DNA from: Lama glama
Taxonomy: Eukaryota
Length of the DNA stretch: 64,000 nucleotides
NCBI GenBank assembly: GCA_028534125.1
Contig: CM052817.1
Span: 11,100,001-11,164,000 of the forward strand
Direction of reading: 5' to 3'
Translations under genes and position numbers: made by a program
Notes under the pieces: generated by a model
What the model was told of the DNA's origin: nothing
The model's database searches: none
What the model saw: the letters and a program-made list of their open reading frames with translations, nothing else
Shown here: positions 58,198 to 64,000 of the stretch, in pieces
Layout: every line of letters starts with the position of its first letter
Numbering within the stretch: position 1 is the stretch's first letter

Positions 58198-59006
58198 TTC
58201 ATGTTTGTTCTGAGTCTCCCAGTTGATAGAATTGACATGTGGGTGGTGCCAAAGAAAATACAGAACATCTGAATGGTTAAGAACTTAAATTTAATTACCC
58301 CAAATTGTGGAAATCAAATTGGCTTTAAACTACTTTTCCAAAAAATTATTTTGCAATAGGAAAAATTGTGGAAGGCATACAATTGACATCCTGACAACTC
58401 TAATAATGCACTTAAGTTTGCGATATTTTATTAGAGAAAAAAGTTTATTTGATACCTCAACTACTGAGAACAATGCTGTCTAGTGATAAGGGCTGACTTA
58501 TAACTGTAACCATTGGAAGTAAATAAACTATAAACCAGCTGGAAGTAAATAAAGATGAATAAATTCCCAAAAGTTCACATTCACTTAAGACCTATCCAGT
58601 AAACACAAACCAAAAAAAAAAAAATGCATCTTGCAGCATTTTCAGACTGTCACTAACATTACAGAAGAAGATTATTCTCCAAGAAGATAAAGTTCTGGGG
58701 ATTATGGAATGAAGATCTCAGCCTTGATAGAGAATAAGAGAAAAGGATTGATCTTTACTCTTAGTTCATTGAAGCAGATGAATGAAAGGAAGTTCTTTAA
58801 AAGGCATGTGGACACATGTTTAAGTGTAGAGACCTTGGTTCTTATAAACAAACCACAGGACTGGATTCCCTGCTGAGATTGAATGACAGGACAGGTGGGA
58901 GGGAAGCCAGTTGCCCAGGTGAGACTCCTGCCAAAGTGGGTAATTAAAACAGGTGTCTGAAGCGCAGAAACTCAATGGGACTGAAAGCTGAGGCAAGAAT
59001 TGGAAA

Positions 59007-60056
59007 ATAAACAACCAGAAGACAATTAACAAAATGGCAGTAAATACATGCCTACTTGAGCAATAAGGGTTTAATAACTAAACTATACAAAGAACTCATA
59101 TAACATAACAACAAAAAGAAAAACAACCCAATTAAAAAATTGAGAATAGATATTTTCCAAAGAAGACACAGGAGGCCAACAGATTCATGAAAAGATGCTC
59201 AACATCACTAATCTTCAGGGAAACACAAAATAAGCAATGGACTCCCACCTCACACCTGTCAGAATGGCTATTATCAAAAAGAAAACAAATAACAAGTGTT
59301 GGTGGAGAAAAGGGACCCCTCAAGCAGTGTTGGTGGGATTGTACATTGGTACAGCCAGTATGACAAACAATATGGAGGTTCCTTAAACAATTAAAAATAA
59401 AATTACTAGCTGACTCAGAAATTCCACTTCAGGGTAGTTTTCTGAAAAAACAAAAATACCAATTCAAAAATATATATGCACTGCTATGTTCATTGCATCA
59501 ATATTCACAATTAGTCAAGATATGGAAGCAACCCATATCTAGCCCATGGATAGATGAATGGATAAAGAAGATGCATATAAAAGATGAAATATTACTCAGT
59601 CATAGCAAAGAGTGAAGTCTTGCCATTTGAGACACCATGGATGAAGCTAGAAGGTCTTACGCTAAGTGAAATAAGTCAGAAAGACAAATATTGTATGATT
59701 TCACTTATATGTAGAATCTAACAAACAAAAGACATGAATAAACATAAAATAGAAACAGACTCATAGATACAGAGAAGAAACTGGTGGTTGCCAGAGGCAA
59801 GGGGTAGGAGGATGAGAGAAATACACGACAGAGATTAAGACATACAAACTTCCCATTATAAAATAAATGTCATGGGGATGTAATACACAGCATGGGGGAT
59901 ATAGTCAATAGTCAGGTAATATCTGTTTGGCGACAGATGGTCACTAGACTTACCATGATGAGCATTTTGTAATGACTAAAGACATCAAATCACTATGATA
60001 TATACTGAAACTAATATAATATTGTAATCCAATTATACTTCAACTTAAAAAAAAGA
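59007..60056 (+). mobile_element. LINE-1 (L1MA-like) 3' 1 kb with A tail
   Basis: GAAAAGATGCTCAACATCACTAAT...CACCTCACACCTGTCAGAATGGCTATTATCAAAAAG...GCTAAGTGAAATAAGTCAGA...AATTATACTTCAACTTAAAAAAAA. Confidence 0.88.
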
Positions 60057-60407
60057 ATTGGATAATGAAGAGAAACAACCATAATGCGATTCAGACACCA
60101 CTGAGCCATTGAAGGCTTAAGATGTTTAAGGGCAGTGGTGGTCATTATCAGTAGTCCAGGAGATGTGTGGAGTAAAGATTCATAATTGAGACCTGAATCA
60201 GGTACGAAAGGGAGAGGATCATTATGATTCATCAGCAGCCAACCCAGCATTCACGTCAGAGGTGCTGAGAGCCAAGTGCTGTAGTGTATTGCCCGTGTGG
60301 AATCTCCGCCTGCCTCCACCAGCAGCCCAGCTCAGAGATACCCAGGGACCAGAGGGTCTCGGAAAAGTCTCTCTGGAGGCCAGAAATAAGACAGTGCTTC
60401 TTTAACA

Positions 60408-60580
60408 AGCAAGGCTGCTATCAGTGTGGTCCCTGGACCAGCGCCATCAGCATCACCTAAGCATGTGTTAGAAATGCAGAATCTCAGGTCTCACGTGAGA
60501 CCCACTGAATCTGGTGCTGCATTTTACAAGACGCCCCCACCCCCAAGGCAGCTCTATACACCGGAGGTTAGGCCTTCTAG
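60408..60580. mobile_element. MER5A-like hAT MITE
   Basis: AGTGTGGTCCCTGGACCAGCGCCATCAGCATCACCTAAGCATGTGTTAGAAATGCAGAATCTCAGG...ACTGAATC. Confidence 0.75.
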
Positions 60581-61085
60581 ACCATCTAATGGGTAGTGGT
60601 GAGACTGGCAACAAGAATGACTGAGACAGACTTGTTAGTTCATAAGCTTAGAAGGTCCTTCAGCCTGAGGGTTCAGATGTAAGTGCAGAATTACCTGAAT
60701 CTAGAGATTGATCAATACACCTCCAAGATACAAGAGCATCCAGATCTCAAACAGAGTGCTTGAGATACAGAAACAGTTTTATGTTTTTTCATTGTTAGAA
60801 TTGATAAAGATAAAATAAATCTGTTTTTAAGTAATTCACTTCACAGAGGCAAAGTAAAATACTCCCTCAGCTCTAAGCAAATCACTGTAACACGTGCAGT
60901 GCTCACTGTGGTCCACTCCCTCCTCCCACTTCACATGTCCCTTCTTCCTCAAATTTAATCCTTATGTAGATTCAACCAGCCACCACTTCCACAACCTGTA
61001 TTTTGCTGTATCATACTTGAATTGCTGTGCATTAATTGTGCAACTCTGGAATCAGATTCTGTGGGGCTCAGCAACATGCATTTGG

Positions 61086-61261
61086 ATAGTTCTCAAATTT
61101 TAGACTCACCTCGAAAACTTATTTTAATGAAAACTTTCAACTGCCATTCCCAGAGGCTCTGGTTCCAAGGGTCTGGGATGAGACCTGGAAATCTACTTTT
61201 TTTTTTTAAGCAAGTATCCCAGGTGAATCTTATGATCTTGGACCACACTTTGAGAATCGTG
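61086..61261. mobile_element. MER5-family hAT MITE
   Basis: TIR-like TAGTTCTCAAA...ACCACACTTTGAGAATCGTG; internal GGTCTGGGATGAGACCTGGAAATCT. Confidence 0.6.
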
Positions 61262-62254
61262 GGTCTGGTTGTTAATGATCACTTCCTACTCATACCCAGA
61301 TCACCTCCCAAGGAGTGATGAGTTAATTAGAACAGCTCCATAGATGAACTGGCTTTACAAGCAAGCGCTTCTGATGCCAATGAAATCCAGCTGAGCTAGT
61401 GCCCAACTTAGAGAAAATTGCCTAGTGAATCAAAGCCAAGGAAGATGCTTCCCTGGCAGCAAATGCCTTGAGCTTGAGTCTCTGCCACCTGGAAAGGAGC
61501 ATGGTGACTCACAGGACCACCCACTTGGCAATGATGAAGTTGAGGAAAGCATTTTCTTTAAGACAGAGAAACATCTGTACAAAGACAAACTCAACAAGGT
61601 AAGGTTACGCTTAAAATATGAGATTTTATATTATCCAGTAATTCTGTATATATCTGCAAGAAAACTGTCCAAATATAATACCGGTAGAAGCAGTGAGTTG
61701 CACAATTACACAGTTGATGCTATGATTTTATTTAAGGGTATTATAAAGGTGTCAAGTTATTGGGTGAAACAGCGTACAGGCAAGCTCACTGCAGGCACTT
61801 GGTGGTTAAGCCAGAATGCTGCTCAGCTACTATGGAAGGGATGGGTCATATTTAATGGCATTACAACTCACTTGTGTGCACGCACGCACACACACGGCTG
61901 CTGTGTGATGGAAAGCATGCCAGGTACATCAATGACACTCACTCTGGCAATGAAAGCACCCTGAACACTAAACCCTCTGCATCAAGCTTTCATCTTTCTT
62001 TGAAAACACAGAGGACACATGATAATTGCTAACTTCAGTTGGGTCCTTTTAATGTGCAAAACTCTACTCAAAGTGTTTTATCTGTATTGATCAATTTAAT
62101 TCTCACAACAACTCTAGGAGATGGTACACTATTATTCCCATTTACGATGAGGAAACAGAGGCAGAGAAGCATTGAATGATGTGTCCAAAGTCACAACGCA
62201 AGGTTGCTACAGACATTGTGGGTCTAGATCTGTTTTCCCTTTGCACTGTCTGTG

Positions 62255-62710
62255 ACGGATTTATAGTATTTCTTAATTTGTTCTGGATACAAATCCTTTG
62301 CTGATTTCATGGATAACAAGTATCTTTTCCCATGCTATGGTTTGCCTTTTCACTTTCTTAAAGTCCTTTTGTTGAACAGTTCTTAATTTTAATGTAATTG
62401 AATTTATTGATCCTCCCCTTTATTGTTAATGCTCTTTGTATCCCTTTTAAGAAATCTTTGCCTTCCCCAAATTCATCAAAATGGTCTCCTACGGTATGTT
62501 CTACAAGTTTCATGTTTTCATCTTTTACCTTTACTTGGAAATGATTTTTGTGTTTGGCATGAGATAAGGGTCAAAACTCACTTTTACCCACATGGATATG
62601 CAGTTCACCCAGCCTCATTCATTGAAATCAAAGGACTTTGTTTATTAAAAAACTGTTCTTTCTCCATTGCCCTGCAATTCCATTTTCATAATAAATCAAG
62701 TGTTCATCTA
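62255..62710 (-). mobile_element. Old LINE-1 ORF2 fragment (antisense)
   Basis: TTCTGGATACAAATCCTTTG...TTGCCTTTTCACTTTCTTAA...TTAAGAAATCTTTGCCT. Confidence 0.65.
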
Positions 62711-63464
62711 AGAATGTTAAATCATTTTAAATATCAGTTTGGCATAATTAGTGCATAAACTTAGTTACACTGGAATACTTTTTAAAGATTAGGAGATTTT
62801 ACTCAAAATCTGATCATGATATTCTGTGTCTAGTGGAGAAGTTCAAATTCCATGCATGGCATGGAAAACATGCAATGTTCCACTGTAGCTTTATTCTATT
62901 CTAGAGCTTTCCAAATTGCTGTGAAGAGAAAATTGTTCCTTGAGGGTAGAGGTGGCAAAAGTGAGACGAGGGTTTAAACATATATGTGGAGAGAAAACAA
63001 AAAATTAATCCTTCACCACATAAATTCATTTGTTGAAGCCACAGAGTGTGACCGGTTTCTCTTCTGTCTCAGGATTTTCCTAAACTTTTAATGTGCTACA
63101 AGCCAGGGCACAACATTAAGAAGGAACATCTCCCAAACTTGTTTGACCGCAGTGCTCTTTGATGTATGAGCACTTTGTTCTCAGCATGGCCTTCATTCAC
63201 TGCTTAGTCGGGAGAAGAGAAGCCATTAAGTTCCTGCCACCAAATCTATAAAGCTACCTGCATCCAGTCTCACTCCTTCCTCCCCAGATTACCAGTGTGC
63301 ACCCTCCAGTCGAAGGAGCATCTCTGAACTTCGCTCCTCGTTCACCTGCTTCCTCCGGACTTGGGTCTCTCCTCTGCATCCTTCCCCCTGCTGGTGCCTG
63401 GCTCCTCCCCAGAACATCCAAACATGCTTTATATGGCCCCATCTTAAAAAAAAAAAAAAAAACC

Positions 63465-64000
63465 ATGAGGAATGTGAATCAGTACAACTTCTCTGGAAAA
63501 GAATTTGACAGTTTCTTATAAAACAAAATATACACCTATCATAAAACCCAGTGATCATACTCTTGGACATCTATTCCAGAGAAACGAAACTAACGTTCAC
63601 ACAAAAACCTGCACACAACTGTTCGTAGCAGCTTTATTTGGAACAGCCCCAAACTGGAAACAATGAAAGCATCCTTCAACGGGTGAGTGGCTACAAAAAC
63701 AAACAAACAAACAAAAAAAACAAAACCATGGTGTATCCATACCGTGGAACACTACTGAGTGATAAAAAGGAAGGAAGTCTTGATACACACAACAGCTTGG
63801 CTGGATTTTAAGAGCGTAGTCTAAGCGAGAAAAAAGTTTTTCAAAAAGTCACATACTATATGCTTCCATTTATATAATATTCTAGAGATGACAAAATTAC
63901 ACAGATGGAGAACAAACTCATGGTATCAAAAGTCCGGGATGGGGAGGGGGCGGCTTGAGGGTACCTTTCTGGGCTGGAATCGTTATATATTTTGATCGCA
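63465..64000 (+). mobile_element. L1M-type LINE-1 3' region, running off the window
   Basis: ACCCAGTGATCATACTCTTGGACATCTATTCCAGAGAAACGAAACTAACGTTCACACAAAAACCTGCACAC...GATGACAAAATTACACAGATGGAGAACAAA. Confidence 0.8.

Noticed and set aside
57138..58510. 39-bp direct repeat as CRISPR-like or att-site structure
   Set aside because: Only two copies 1.3 kb apart in a mammalian genome, with no array or recombinase gene; kept only as a repair-scar finding.
61425..61964. 179-aa ORF
   Set aside because: GTG start, no recognisable homology or exon structure; consistent with chance.
50000..64000. Exons of the next syntenic gene (LAP3 in human)
   Set aside because: No CpG island or leucine aminopeptidase-like peptide was seen; the gene presumably lies beyond the window.

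Overview
Mammalian genomic DNA, very probably from a camelid (camel/alpaca/llama), judged from five copies of a tRNA-Ala(AGC)-derived SINE resembling the camelid Vic-1 family. It contains two intact, divergently transcribed genes in the same arrangement as human 4p15. QDPR (dihydropteridine reductase) is on the minus strand with 7 coding exons (26024-38971, 242 aa) and a CpG-island promoter. CLRN2 (clarin-2, a tetraspan hair-cell protein) is on the plus strand with 3 coding exons (41053-49119, 232 aa). All introns are GT-AG and both frames are intact. The rest of the window is intergenic or intronic DNA full of old transposons (L1, L2, MIR, MaLR/ERV LTRs, hAT DNA elements) and microsatellites. 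I found no convincing new multi-gene system. The observations worth checking are regulatory or structural: stacked uORFs directly before the CLRN2 start, an open 74-codon N-terminal extension of QDPR, a strong cryptic acceptor just after the CLRN2 stop, a (CA)44 tract before QDPR exon 4, intronic hairpins, CTCF-like sites and several templated-insertion or rearrangement scars. Repeat subfamily names are from recalled consensus sequences and need RepeatMasker/Dfam confirmation.
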